Below, piece by piece: positions 13,911 to 27,439 of a DNA stretch of 52,153 bases (positions within the stretch are counted from its first letter, which is position 1; each line of letters starts with the position of its first letter). The notes under the pieces were generated by a model that made no database searches, was not told the origin of the DNA, and saw nothing but the letters and a program-made list of their open reading frames with translations. The stretch is from Girardia tigrina (taxonomy: Eukaryota). A program made the translations under genes and the position numbers. Location: the NCBI GenBank assembly GCA_001938485.1, contig MQRK01242144.1, positions 34,567 to 86,719 on the forward strand, read 5' to 3'.

Positions 13911-14410
13911 ATTAAGAACATTTAGACAAGTCTCATTTGAATTTTTATTGCAATTACATTTAGTCATTATAACTCTCAGAAGGTATTTCATCGTTTGCCA
14001 TCGTTTTAATTGGTTTTCTTGTTTCTGTTTTTAATCATGATTATTCGAACAATTTTTCTAAGTTATTTTTTAAAATATTTAACCTCTAAAAAATATTAAT
14101 TAAAAAATAATCATTTTACCATTTCTGAATAAATCCCAAAATAATAAAAATGTCATCAAATTAATAAAAAATGCATTTAATTTAAATTTTACTAAAAATT
14201 AATAAACTTAATTATAATTATGAAATTAAAAATAAGAACTTATAAAATGATTATTTTAATTATGTTCGAATAGTCAATCCTTTAAATTTAATAAAAAAAA
14301 TACCAATTTCCATCTGGGTGGGAGAATCACCATTCTAAATTCAACGTACTTAAATAAACATACAGCATCACTACATTCACACATTCAAACAATTTAAAAT
14401 ATTCCTCACA
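13911..14410 (-). repeat. LTR-like repeat family starting TGTGAGG (copy)
   Basis: Collinear over about 490 bp with the reverse complement of 20372-20861. Confidence 0.8.
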
Positions 14411-14419
14411 ATCCCGATG

Positions 14420-15640
14420 ACAATACTCGAATCAATTAAAATAATACTATATGAATGATTAATTAGTCATTTTGTGCACAAAACAAAATTTGTGATTTAT
14501 TCACAATTATCTCCTATCTATAAATTAACTAGATTAATTTAATTTAAATTTAGCTTTTTATACTTGTCATAACTTTATGAATTTTCTGTATCTTTTAGTA
14601 TTTGATACATTTTTGGATTTCTTATTAATTATAATTTATTTGGTTGTATCTTTAATATGGGGAATTTTCAAAAGAATTATTGATTTTCTGAACTCGGGTA
14701 TCGTACTTTTGTCTCTAATTTTTTTAAAAAATCTTTTTGGTAGTTTAAAGTGCGGAAACAGTGCTAAGCTATTCAATTCAGCGATCGGAACCGAATTATC
14801 AATCAAAACCTTTTAGTCGAATAGAATATTTCGAGATTCCAACGTTATATCAAAGTTTCACAGCACCACTACACATATTAAAATGCTCTCCTTGTTTATC
14901 TGGTCTTTTTTTCACATCAACTGGCTCGATAGAAGTACTATTTTGAGTTGTGGATGCAAACTATCGACTCAAATCCGATTAAATTGTTGAAACTTGAGAT
15001 CGATTTAGAGCAGTGCTGCCCAACTTTTGTGTACGTAAGATCGACTTTTTTTCTTAAAAATGTGTCGCGATCGACTTGTTGTCATAGTTGTAGTTTAAGG
15101 GGAGATTAGGAAGTTAGAAATACATACTATGTTTTTACATTATGTTATAACACAAGATACACTACTGCAAAAATTCCGTGTTTCCACACTTTGAAGATAA
15201 ATTGAAAACAATATGAGTAATTAACAATATTTGATTATTTAAATTAGCTACAAAAAAAGACAGACTAAGAATTTATTTTTAAATATTAAGGAGAAGATTG
15301 TGTTTACATGTCTCTAACCAAAGAATCCTACCTAATTAGGCGTATATCCTGTCAAAGATAATAATAATCAGTATGGGAATCAGTCAGGACAGAACGTTGT
15401 TTTAATTTTTTTTAATATTTGTGTTTACAAAAAAAACTTTTTTTACAAATTTTTTTACAAGCATTTTTTTTCATTTTCAATCTGTAGTAGAAGATCGACC
15501 CAAAATCGTGTCGCGATCGACTCGTAGATCGCGATCGCCTGGTTGGGCAGCACTGATTTAGAGCAAAACTCAAACATATGAACAGTCCTATCGATTGTGG
15601 TATCCAATTTCTATATACCACGTTTTCATTCGAACTAAAA
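14420..15640 (-). mobile_element. Decayed Gypsy integrase-like region, split by the hAT MITE and running into the LTR-like repeat
   Basis: Weak similarity (YRNWIPQSI, like the FGIP.SI integrase motif) and position immediately 5' of the TGTGAGG repeat on the minus strand. Confidence 0.35.
15011..15555. mobile_element. hAT (Charlie/Buster-type) non-autonomous element
   Basis: 14-bp TIR CAGTGCTGCCCAAC, perfect 8-bp TSD ATTTAGAG with central TA, and subterminal gatcgac repeats. Confidence 0.93.
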
Positions 15641-17352
15641 AACTAATGTATGATAAATATAAATAAATAAAAATATAAAAGAAATATAAAAATAAATATA
15701 AAAAAGAGTCTCGGTCATACTTAAATTCATGTTCGTCTATCTATTTTTTCCTTATTTACTTGTATCTATCATCTATTTAATTTGAAATTTTAAAGATATT
15801 TGTGACAAATGAAACACATTTTTAATTATATTTTAATATTTTTTTGTACCAGAAAATTCATTATAAATCGTTAAAAATTTTGTTTAGATAGAAAAATATA
15901 TACATAATCGAAATGGAAATTATTTATTTTTATAGTGCAATTATAATCCAATAATGTAAATATTATTCAATAGATTAACAAATTCTTTTAATTTTATTTA
16001 TGCAAATATATTCAAATAAATATTCGTAGAATTTATTTATTTTTTTATATATGATGTAGGTAATATATCTTAACAATTGTACATTATTATTTATATTATT
16101 AATTTGAATTCAATATAGGTATTTTAACTTATTTTATTTAATTATTATTATAAATTTATCATGTTTATTATATTACAAAATAAGTATTTTGATAAATGTT
16201 CAAATATTAAGAAGGAAATATTTTTTGTTAAAATACGCATTAGTGTTACTAAAGTCTTATAAATTATTACCGTCGTCTTTAATTACTTATTTCGTTCCCT
16301 GTCATTTTTTGATACTTGAAATATACTGAAACAATATATTTATAATCAATTAATAACAGGGGATAATATGGGGAAAATAATTTCAAATAGTAAATTTTAT
16401 TAATTGTGAGTATGAGAGGTGAATTTAAATTTTTATCTCGCCAGAATAATTTATTATTTTTTAATTTAAAGAGTAAAATAATTTTATGTTAATATGCTTA
16501 TTCAATCTTTTAAAATTAAAAATGATATAATAAAACAACTATTGAAAAATCAAAAACGTTTTTAAAAATAAAATATTTTTAATGTGTTTTTAAATATTTT
16601 AAAAAAATTAAAAATGATATAATAAAAGAAAATCATAAAAAATAAAATATCTATTTAAAAATANNNNNNNNNNNNNNNNNNNNNNNNNNNNNNNNNNNNN
16701 NNNNNNNNNNNNNAAAACAAAAATATTAAATATTTATTTATAAATAAAAATATTTTTAATAAGCAATTTTAGAAAAACTTTGAAATAAATTTTGAAAATA
16801 AAGTTTAAATAATTTTTGAAATAAATTTTCAAAAGAAATTTTCAGGATTTTAAAAATTAAATCGAAAAGAATTTAATAGATTAATTTGGGTCGAGATAAT
16901 TAAATTAACAGGAAAATTTGTTTTAAAGATGTGAATTGTTATATAAATAAATTTTGGTGTTAAAAAAATTAATCCTGATATTGAGGTTGCAACCACTTCT
17001 CACAGTGAGTCAAATAGTTTTCTCATAATTGACCAGAAAAAATTTTAAATATTATTGACACTTTTCAAAGCAATCTTTTAATTTAAATGTTTCTAGGCAA
17101 ACAATTAACGATTTTGACTTCTAAATATATTTTNNNNNNNNNNNNNNNNNNNNNNNNNNNNNNNNNNNNNNNNNNNNNNNNNNNNNNNNNNNNNNNNNNN
17201 NNNNNNNNNNNNNNNNNNNNNNNNNNNNNNNNNNNNNNNNNNNNNNNNNNNNNNNNNNNNNNNNNNNNNNNNNNNNNNNNNNNNNNNNNNNNNNNNNNNN
17301 NNNNNNNNNNNNNNNNNNNNNNNNNNNNNNNNTAAAGCTTTTTTATACAACT

Positions 17353-17394
17353 AGTGGACATGTTTCGATGTTTACATACATCATCATCAGCAAT
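17353..17394 (-). ncRNA. Hammerhead ribozyme, inverted copy (PLE family 2)
   Basis: Minus strand: ATTG-CTGATGA-T-GATGT-ATGTAA-ACATC-GAAA-CATG-TC-CACT. One mismatch in stem I. Confidence 0.75.
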
Positions 17395-17662
17395 TTTTGG
17401 ATGTTTAGTATATGAATATTGAATTGTTTGAATAACACAATTACTAATAAGACACTACAACCCATCAATCAAAATTCAGAATGGGCAAAGTAAGGTTATT
17501 TCAATACTTAAAATTTTTAATTAAAATATTTTTTGCCATTATTTCCAAATAATATTTTCATAAATAAAAATATAAAATCCTTAATATACCTTTTAAAGTA
17601 AATGTATCTATTAAAATTGTGTTATTCAAACAATTCAATATTCATATACTAAACATCCAAAA

Positions 17663-17704
17663 ATTGCTGATGATGATGTATGTAAACATCGAAACATGTC
17701 CAAT
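17663..17704 (+). ncRNA. Minimal type I hammerhead ribozyme (PLE family 2)
   Basis: ATTG-CTGATGA-T-GATGT-ATGTAA-ACATC-GAAA-CATG-TC-CAAT. Perfect core, 4-bp stem I, 5-bp stem II, ACATGT palindrome, GUC triplet. Confidence 0.9.
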
Positions 17705-17934
17705 AGTTGTATAAAAAAAGCTTTAATCAAATTATATTTTCGAAATACTAAACTTGCGTTCACAAGACTCAATAAAATATATATATTGAGATCGTGATAT
17801 AATTTTTAAATTTAATTCATTGTTAGTAGCTTTTAACAATATATTTTTAAAGTTTTTAAATCCTTCAGAATAAGGTATATATATACATATATATATATAT
17901 ATAGAACTGATAATGGTATTTTTAATAATAATGA

Positions 17935-18147
17935 AAAGAAAGGCCATTTTTGAATATTAAATTTATTCTCAATACAAACGCGTTGAATTGGAATATTGAA
18001 TCAGACCGTGAAGTGATGGCTTCATTTGATATAGTAAATCTTTTCACCAATATTCCATTGAATGAAACCATTAATTTATGCGTTAAATTATGGGATAATT
18101 TGGTAGAAGATAAAACTAAGTCATTGAGTAGTAAAGCATTAAGATAA
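17935..18147 (+). mobile_element. Small PLE family-1 fragment: inverted pseudo-LTR end fused to an RT segment
   Basis: 17935-17984 matches 11316-11366. The RT peptide NIESDREVMASFDIVNLFTNIPLNETINLCVKLWD..KALR is nearly identical to the 12485-12748 ORF. Confidence 0.85.
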
Positions 18148-19699
18148 TTTTTTGTGGAAAGTTAATTAAAAAAACGTTAAAGTTAATTAAAGTTAGAAAA
18201 ATCGTTGAGGAAATAGTAGTAGATGAGACGGTCTTCGGCCGCTTACACAACTTTATTATGATTATATCAGATAATGAGCTGAGATTTAAATAATTTTAAA
18301 AAGTATTAAAATTTATTAATATTAATGAAATGAAATTCATTTTATTGATTAAAATTATGAAAATTTTAGATATATTGGAAGGAAAGATAAAAGACTAAGT
18401 ATTTTTGAATTTCCACGAATAAATTGCTTTTTAATTGTTTATAAAACCTCGAAACAATATCTTCAAAAATGATTTTAAAACCTTCATTGTTACAAGAATA
18501 AAAAAAATAAAATAACATTTTGATTTTGAATATAAAGTTTTTTCATAAAAACGGCAAAAATGAATCTTGTACTTTAATCCCTACGGTTTTTTAAGGATTT
18601 TTTGAATGTTGTTTATTGATTTTGGATTGTGTCTCTCCTATCCAAATGGATGATAATATTTTTATTCACATTTTCTGAAACTAATTTAATTTAAGATTAA
18701 TTTTATATCTTACATTTAATTTTAGTTTATTTTAAATATTAAAATCACTTTTAAATTTTGAATAATTTATTTTAAAATGTTAAAGAAATTAATCAATTTA
18801 ATATTTTTAAAAATGATTAAAATTCATTTTATTTTAACCAATAAAATTTATGAGATTTTACATGTTAATTTTACATGTCAAATTCAGATAATTTGAAATT
18901 AGAATTAAAAATCCAATGAATCATTCAAACTGACGAAAGTTTTGTTGATAATTGTACTGTGGACAAATAATAAAGTGAAAGAATAAACGATGTTTGAAGG
19001 TTGAACCAAATTATTAGGAAAATATAAAAAGAATGGTTTGATTGATAGGACATTAATATTCAACCCTGAGTTTGAGAGTTTATCTTCATCGTGAGTTTTG
19101 ATTATTTATCCAAATAATTTATTCAAAATTGTTGTAATTTATCTTCAAACACGACATGATTTTTCAAACATATTTATTTAACAAAAGTACTTTATTTTTA
19201 TTTTTTATGAATAACATTATTTTTTCCTCATTTCAATTTTTCAACAAAGCAGTAAATACTAGAAATAAAAATTTACCATTGTTATGCGACGCAAAAGTTA
19301 AACAATAAAAATATAAAAATCAAATAAAATTTTATTAGTAAAGAATATTAAAATATTATTATAGTGGTCTTAAACAATGTGCTAAATAATATAAAAAAAT
19401 TAAAACCTTGTTAAAAATTGAAATTAAATTAAGAATCATAAAAAGTATTAAAACGTTAATTATTTCAATTTAGAGAAACCATAAACGTAAATTTTAATAA
19501 TAAAATAAATAAATAAAATTTTAATTTATTAAAAAATATATTTAGAGACAATATTAATAATTTAATTCCTCCATAGAATAATGCAAACATGATGTATATG
19601 TTATCGTTACATTAAATTAATCTAATCAAAAATTTTTAAAATTCAGGTTGAAACTGCTGATTTCATATTGATTTTATGGTAACGTGACCTAATTACTTT

Positions 19700-19920
19700 A
19701 CATGGAATGCTCTCTCAATAACTATCAAAATGTTTACATTAAATTTTGAAATTATCAATTGCATTTACATTTTTCTTTTCTTCTGCAATATTGCTCTTAC
19801 TCTCTTTTCGACCATGTTCTTTAATTCGTTTACAGAGATGACGGACAGTTTCTCCAATATATGTGGCATCGCACCCATTCCACATATATTCATTGACAAA
19901 TATATTTTTTAAAGGAGTGA
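19700..19920 (-). mobile_element. Decayed PLE GIY-YIG fragment
   Basis: Minus strand NGCDATYIGETVRHLCKRIKEHGRK. Confidence 0.7.
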
Positions 19921-20371
19921 ATTTTGTTTTTAATAAAAAAAATTTTATCCGGATTGAAGCTTATCAATAAATAAAATTTTTTTGATTTTTTTACTATAAA
20001 TATTCTATGTGATGTAATATTACCTGTAAAAACTCTTTTGTAAAAATATACTAGACCGAGCATCCGGTGCATTAACATTGTCTGCGAGATCATTATAAAA
20101 TTGGAATTAGTCTGCGAATTTTCTGCAACGGAATTTTAAAATAATTTAAAAGTTGAGAAAAAATAAATTTTTTTAATAATATTTTACAATTAAGAGGAAA
20201 AAAAGATCAATCTTACGTGCTAAAAATATATAGATTTTTTTAATAATTTTTATTCCTTATTTAAAATATAATATTAATAATGAATTTACTAGTGATTTTA
20301 AAAATCATAATTTTTTTAAATTTGATATGTATATTTTTATTTTTTTTATTGCTTAGAAATTGTTTGGTATG

Positions 20372-20861
20372 TGTGAGGAATATTTTAAATTGTTTGAATG
20401 TGTAAATGTATGGATGCTGTATGTTGATTTAAGTATGTTGAATTTAGAATTGTGATTCTCCCACCCAGACGGAAATTGGTATTTTTTTATTTAAATTTAA
20501 AGTGATTGACTATTCGAACATAATTAAAATAATCATTTTATAAGTTCATATTTTTAATTTAACAATTAAAATTAAGTTTAATATTTTTAGTAAAATTTAA
20601 ATTAAATGTATTTTAAATAATTTGAGGAAATTTTTATTATTTTGGGATTTATCGAGAAATGGTAAAAATTAATATTTTTTACAGGTTAAATATTTTAAAA
20701 AATGACTTGTAAAAAAATTGTTCGAATAATCATGATTAAAAATAAAAATAAGAAAACCAATTAGAACGATGATAAATGATGAAAGACTTTCTAAGAGTCA
20801 TAATGACTCAAAATGTGATTGTAATACAAATTCAAGTGAGACATGTCAAAGTGTTCTTAAT
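20372..20861 (+). repeat. LTR-like repeat family starting TGTGAGG (copy)
   Basis: Matches 13911-14410 (inverted) and 51931-51994; contains ctcccacccagacgg. Confidence 0.8.
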
Positions 20862-20999
20862 TGTATGGATTTGAAAAAAAAGAAAAACACGACATTTGAG
20901 TTTGTAAAGATTTTCGACATAGAAAATTTCATACGTCGGTTAAACCGAGCCACATTTAACTGTAGGTTGAGTGAAAGAATAAACCAACTTTTTTCAACA

Positions 21000-21400
21000 A
21001 AGAATTGTCAGCATTGTTCGAAAAAATTCTTTCTGAAATCGAGCAATGATACAATATAAAAAGGGAAAAGAATGCTTAATAATCCGGACCAGTGCCGATT
21101 TCTAATAGAAACGTTGCAAAATCAATCATGTGCTACATATTTAAAAGTTTTCTTAAGTCTATAAAAAATAAATTAAATTCTTATGACTATATGCAAAGTA
21201 GTAAAAGGTTTTTGTGTTGTCAGAATTAAGATAAGAAATTATATGGACTCAAGTTTTCAATGAGATTTGTAGGAATTAAAAGGTTTCGACACAATTTACC
21301 ACTGCAACACTTAATAATATTTCTAAGTATGTTGTGCCTTATTCATTGTAGATGTTTATTCAACACGAAATTTTCTCGAGTGGTAAGAATTTCATGAAAA
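21000..21400 (+). mobile_element. Decayed non-LTR RT N-terminal remnant
   Basis: IYK.GK..NNPDQCR and KGFDTI.H resemble PIYKKG..PSNYRPI and KAFDTV.H. Confidence 0.45.
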
Positions 21401-21529
21401 AAATATGTAAAAATAAACAAAGAAAAAAATACTTGTGAGCCCCCTTGATTTCAATTGTTGTGCTAAAGAAAAAAATGTGAACAAGTCAGAGACGATAGCA
21501 CGACGACGTCGAACATAAACTATTGAAGT

Positions 21530-21650
21530 TTTGATTTGTTTGTGTGTTTGCTTAAAATCTTACTAACGATTTTTCACCCACTTCCCCTGGCCCGATTGAG
21601 CTGCAATTTCGCACACTTACATAATCTCTATGACTGCACAATAAAGCGAT
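21530..21650 (+). mobile_element. HINE/DINE-like (Helentron-associated) remnant; second copy at about 13805-13900
   Basis: A gtttgt/gtctgt microsatellite followed by ccgattgagctg.aattt.gc in both copies. Confidence 0.45.
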
Positions 21651-22613
21651 TTAATATATAAATGATTAATTGGTCATTGTGTTTGTAAAATATGTTTTTG
21701 CGATTATCCTCAACTGATAAATTAAATAGAAAACAAAGTAAATTCAAATTTCATTTTTTCTATTCCTTACTAATTATAGTTTATTTAATTAAATCTTTGT
21801 CATGACAAATTTTCCAAAATAAGTTATTGATTTTTTGTACTCGGAGCCTCATTTTCAATAATTATTTCATGAGAAAAAGAAACATTTTGTGGTTTTTGAT
21901 GCGCCAATTGCTCTCTAAAGATCAATCTATCTGAATCAACAATCAGAGCAAAACTATTTGGTCAAATATTTTCGAGCCCAATAGAATAGATCATATATAG
22001 CGAAATGGTTATCCCTAGTTCACTATTAAAACATTTATCTGTGGGCTGTAAAAATTCAATTTTATTGACTTTGGCGTAGTAAGTACTTTATTTTTCAGTA
22101 GGACTATTTCAAACCCTTCTATACTTAGTATTTAATATTGAAGCTTTGTTTTTATTTTTAATATTTGTAATGTTTTGTCTGTGAAGTTTACTGTAAGAAT
22201 AAATCGTTATTTTATTTCTATTAATTTACAATATCAGTTTAAAATGAAATTATAAATCAAAATAATTTTATTATTTAAAATTATTTGATTTATAAATTAA
22301 TGTAGTCCTGAAATTAGTTTCTAAATAAAATTTCAAAAATATTTACTTTAAAATATTAAATTATATTGAAAGATATTTTTAATGAAATAATACATTTTAG
22401 CTAAATTTATTTTTTAATTATTTTTTCATTAAATTTTTTAAATAAATATTATCTTGATTAATAATTAGTAAATATTATTTTAAAAATTTATATATAAAAT
22501 TATTGGTAATAAAAAAACATCAAAATAAACTATATTAAATAATAGAAATTATTTTTTTATTTCTAAAACTATATGATAATATATCCAAAAATTCTAATCT
22601 TTCAGCACATATT

Positions 22614-23838
22614 CACGGTGCGCCGAATATGTAGTGATCGTAAAACAGTAATCAATGAACAATTCCAAAAAAAAATTTATTATTATTTTGCAAAAAAAAT
22701 TCCAAAAACGTTGACACACTTTTCCCATGGCTTGGCTAACACAATGAAGGCATTTTCAAAGAAAAGTGAAAATTTATCGCCCAGAAATTCACTGATTGTA
22801 CGCTGCAAATCTTCATTGGAGGAGAAATGGCAGACTTTTAGGGTAAACTTGAGATGGTTTAATCAGAAAATATTAGAGGGGTCAGGTAAGGGTTATAGGG
22901 TCTCTGGAGCACTATGAGACCGCAACTCAGAATTGCTGCCATTTATTGACCACTGGTAGAAATCACACAGTCTGCTTTTTCTTCTCAGTTTCTGAGTCTG
23001 TTGTACAAGATTGAGGTAGTACACTGTGTTTAGGTAAACACCAAATTCCGCAAAATTTATGAGAATTTGACAACTTGCATACCAAAATATGGAAAGCATC
23101 AATGCTTTTTTGTGTAATGTTGATTCTCTCATCATCCTTTAACTGCTCTCACCAGGCAGTTTCCACTCTTGTGATTTCCTTTTTCACTCAAGAATGTATA
23201 GAGAGAGTGGCGTTTCATCCATCGTGATGATGTTGTGCAATATACAGTCTCCAACACACTGTAAAGTGTTCAAATTCTCTTTGCAACACTCTATTCAGCA
23301 AGCTTGCAAATCAGCAGTTAGTAGATGTGGAACAAAGCGTGAACATAATTTCATGTTATCACTTTCTGTCAGCAATGGCTGAAAAGTATTTTGGCTAACA
23401 TTTAGACGTGCTTCCATTTATCTAGTTGTGATTCTTCTTTCATATTAGATAATTTTCTCAAACTTTGCCGTTATTTTTTCTTCGAATTCACTATACCTTC
23501 CAGACTCTTTTAGGTCCACCAAACTATTTCTTTCAGCTTTAAATTCATTAAACCAGTTTTTCATTGTAGCCGTTGAAGGATTTTCATTACTATCAACACC
23601 ATCCAGTTCCATCTGGATTTCATCATGACTTTTTCTTTTTAAAAACAAGAAGCTGCAGTATTGAACACTTTCTAATGTCGTTTTCAATATAAAGCAATAC
23701 ATCTAATAAGAAATAATGACCGACTAATACAAAATTGACAAAGATTACCTATATTTATTGTACTTCACTTCTTTAAAATATTATTTAATTTTAATTTAGA
23801 TTTTTATGTTAGGCTCACTTCTTATTTGGCGCACCATG
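22614..23838 (-). mobile_element. Decayed mariner with both TIRs
   Basis: TIRs cacggtgcgccgaatatgtagtga / tcacttcttatttggcgcaccatg. Peptides PSTATMKNWFNEFKA..SL.D..SGR and MLSIFW. Confidence 0.85.
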
Positions 23839-24257
23839 TAATACAAGATGATACAATTAATTTAATCGTTTTTAGTTTTAGGTGATATTTCATAAAATTC
23901 AAATATAAATATTGAGTCATTTAAGTGTAAAAAGTTTCGCCAAAAATAAATTCCCAAATTAAAAGTCATCAATTATTCTTTTTAATATAAAGTTTCAATT
24001 TTCCTTAAACATAACTAATTTAATTTTGTTCAAGTTTATCTATTACTTAAAGTTATCCTTTTAAAATAAGTTAAACATATTACACTAGAGTAAATGAAAA
24101 ATTATAAAAAAAACACTTTATATTTTCATACAAAAGTGTTAAAGTTTAAAGAAATCGACGTTTTTTACTAAAATTTTCAACTATCTTTTCTGTATAAATT
24201 TTTTTAACATCTTTAAAAAATAATGTTTCTATGTAAAAACGAATATTTTCTTCATAG

Positions 24258-24806
24258 AAGCGAAGAAGAAGGGTGTAAAGTTCTTGGTAAATATTTTTAA
24301 TCATATTGTTTTTAAAATTAAATTATAATTATTTTAACAAAAATATTTCGATTGATTCAATGATCTATGAATTGTAAATTATACAAATATAAAAAGCAAA
24401 CCGACAAAGGTAAATTAAAAATGACATAAATAATTCAATGTGGAAATCGCATTCAAATCACATCAATTTTTCAATTATGTTTAGCAGGAAATTCTTTTAT
24501 TTACAATTTAATTATATAAATGTGTGATACTTTGCATAAGATAAAGCAGTACTTTCATTAGCTCATTCAAATAAAGTAGATAAAAATAAATACATTTTTA
24601 TATTATTTGGATGAGGTGTCAAGAATCGTAAAGTGATGCTCTAAAATCATAATTTTTATATTATTTTTTATAAAATATTGTCTAAATTATATTAAAAAAA
24701 CAAGTGATTTTATTATATATCAAATTTAAATGACATTTTTACGGTTATTTTTATTTTGATAGGTATGTTTAAAAAGGAGCTCAGCATTGTTGAGGAAAAT
24801 CAGGAG
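24258..24806 (+). CDS. Candidate N-terminal exons of the syntrophin-like gene (24258-24286 and 24763-24806)
   Basis: Both have AG/GT boundaries and join in phase 1 to give SEEEGCKVLGMFKKELSIVEENQE, weakly like gamma-syntrophin KVRLHLAKDILMIQEQ. Confidence 0.35.
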
Positions 24807-24952
24807 GTAATTTATTTTCTATTAAAAATATTTATTTTGCAAAATTCTCTTTTTGTACAATTATAATTGGAAATTCTTCAAATTTAATACTAAATTGAGG
24901 TAATTTAAGTAGTGGTTAATTTAATAGTTGCATTAAAATGAGTTTCATTATA

Positions 24953-26423
24953 CCGTATTTATCGGACTATAAACCGTGGCTTATATGAAAAACATTATGA
25001 AAATTAAAAAAAATTTGTTAGACTTATACGCGTGTGCGACTTATATAAAAATAAAAACATCAATATATAAAAACAAAACCAATAATGTTATTTTAAGATT
25101 ATTCGATTTCCTCGAATCCATCAAAATCTTCATCATTTATTATTTCAAATGTTTCGGAAATGTGCAAAAATTCCGTTTGGATTTCTTGTAAATCTTTATC
25201 CTCACTTCCAGTTTCAATTTCTGAATCATCGTCATCTTCGATATTTTCATCATAAGTTTGAATCCCTGCTTTCTTAAATCCATTTTTAAGACATTGTGGT
25301 GTAACATCTTCCCAGCTTTTAACAATCCAATCGCATATTTCTGAATATGTCGCTCTTTTGATTTTTCCCGTTTTGTTGTAAATGTGACAACCATTGATAA
25401 TCCAATTTTCCCAATGTATCTTTAGCTTAGATTTAAAAGATTTGTTAACTGATAGATCAAGTGGTTGAAGGCTTTTAGTGAGGCCACCAGGGATCACTGC
25501 AAGTTCAGAATATTTTTTGAATTTATTTTTAACTTCCTTAGTAAGATGACATCTAGCAGAATCGTATATTAAAAGTCATTTTGGCTTAAAAAAGGAATCA
25601 TTTCTTTTTATCCAAATTTTTTGTATCCATTTTTTCATTATTTCACTATTTGACCATCAATTTTTATTGACTTCAACAATAATTCCTTTTGGAAAATTTT
25701 CTTTGTGCATTGTTAGTCTTTTAGATATCACCATTGGTTTACATTTTTTTCCATCGGTAGTTACAGTTAATATAACTGTAAAATTATATATTTCATTTCT
25801 GGTTGTTTTGGTTAGAATATCTTTTTTTCCATTTTCATCAACAGTCCTTGTATCCGGAATATCGAAACTAATGGAAACTTCATCCATATTCCCAAGATGC
25901 TTCAAACAGATATCTCTCTTTTTATCTTTAATAAAATGTAAAAATGATTCTTATTTTTCTTCCCAATTTGCTGGCAACGATTGACCGACTGAAGTTACTG
26001 CTCGAATGCTTAAATTATAAATTTTGTGCACTAATCATTCGTTCCTTTAAAATTTTCTATATTAAAATCATATTTTGCCATTTTTTTCGCTGTTAATCTA
26101 ATATCAATTGTAGAAACTTTAAACCATTTCTCCCTTTTCTCAATTACATACTTTTTAACGGCCTTTTCCAAATCGGGTCAAAGTGCAAATCCCCCTCTTT
26201 TTGCTTTCTTTTTTTCGGCATTACGTTTAAAAGAATTTTCAATTTTATCCAATCTCAAATGTTTTTTTTCCATTTATATTGAATTCTCTTTCTGCTTCTC
26301 TGTCACCATGTTTTTCAGCATAAGCTATAATTTCCAATTTTCTTTTGACCGTAAACGACCTTCTTGTTTTCTTCACTTTTAACGTGGATTTTAAATATGC
26401 GAACTTATAGTCCGATATTAAGG
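24953..26423 (-). mobile_element. pogo/Tigger-like DNA transposon, full length but disrupted
   Basis: TIRs ccgtatttatcggactataa / ttatagtccgatattaagg with TA flanks. Motifs GNMDEV, TVIL.VT.DGKK.KPMVI.K, YDSARCH, IPGGLTKSLQPLDLSVNKSFK and an acidic tail. Confidence 0.93.
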
Positions 26424-26669
26424 TAATTAAAAAATCATTTTTTAAAAAAAAACTGCACTTAACTTATTTTATAATGGTAAAGTTAACAATTTTTATGATA
26501 ATATTATGTTAACAAGTATAAAATTTGTAGGCATTATTACAATAAATTCAAACGGTTATCATTTGACATTGCTTAACATTCTGTTGATCGGTCTTTTGTT
26601 TGTTTGCAACTATTTTTGAAAATTGAACATTTCAATAAATAATAATTAAGATTATTGATAACTTGATTT

Positions 26670-27290
26670 AATAATGAGTATTTTAAAAAATAGAAAAGGC
26701 AGAAATTTGAATTATTATGAAGTACGATTTTTTACATTGAACCTGAGCATCAGAAACCATGCGAAACATAAATAATGTTCTTGTCTTCAATACTACTACG
26801 CAGCCGAAAGTCTCAATTTGGTCAAAAAATGAGTCTCAGGGTAAAGAATGACGAATTTTGAATTCGGATCCATCTCAAAATGCTCATGATTTATTGATAA
26901 CCTTTGCTATTACAAAGCAAATAATATTGAATAACTTGGCTTAAATTGGTAAAGTGAAAAATCAGATAAGTAGATTATCTATGAATTGAAAGCAGAAACA
27001 AAAGCGTTTGAATAACTGCTTGGTAATGCTTTCTCATTATTAATGTAATCAATTTTTTAATCAAATCGTTACTTGTGACGGAAAGTGTGTTCAATATGGT
27101 AATCACAAACTTTTAGCAAGCTGAATGGACATAAATGATGCACGAAAACATTGTATAAAGTACATTATTTATTGAAAGAAGCTGACAAACTACAGTAATT
27201 TTTAGTTGGAAATTCTGCATCATCATCCATACTCACCGGACCTAACCCCAACTGGCTACCATTTCTTCCTCAATGCGAACAACTTTTTTG
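26670..27290 (+). mobile_element. Internally deleted decayed mariner
   Basis: IVTCDGKCVQYGN and EILHHHPYSPDLTPTGYHFF. Confidence 0.8.
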
Positions 27291-27439
27291 TATGACTGTT
27301 AAAAATAATTTCACTAATCAATCAACCCTTAGATTACAAATTAAATTATTGTTAAACTATTCGTGCAATTATCAAAGGGATCAGACAATGCACTAAATTA
27401 ACATAATAATATATAAAAGATTTTTTAACAATTAATAGA

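Larger units (their letters stand above)
17333..17725 (+). mobile_element. Severely 5'-truncated PLE: last 27 codons (17441-17524), 3' pseudo-LTR 17615-17725 and inverted copy 17333-17442
   Basis: LLIRHYNPSIKIQNGQSKVISILKIFN* resembles the PLE C-terminus at 32328 (ALLIKFFKPSLNVQ..IRVF*). The 110-bp arms are reverse complements. The left arm abuts an N gap. Confidence 0.8.

Noticed and set aside
17083-17361. ORFs spanning poly-X
   Set aside because: Artefacts of N gaps.
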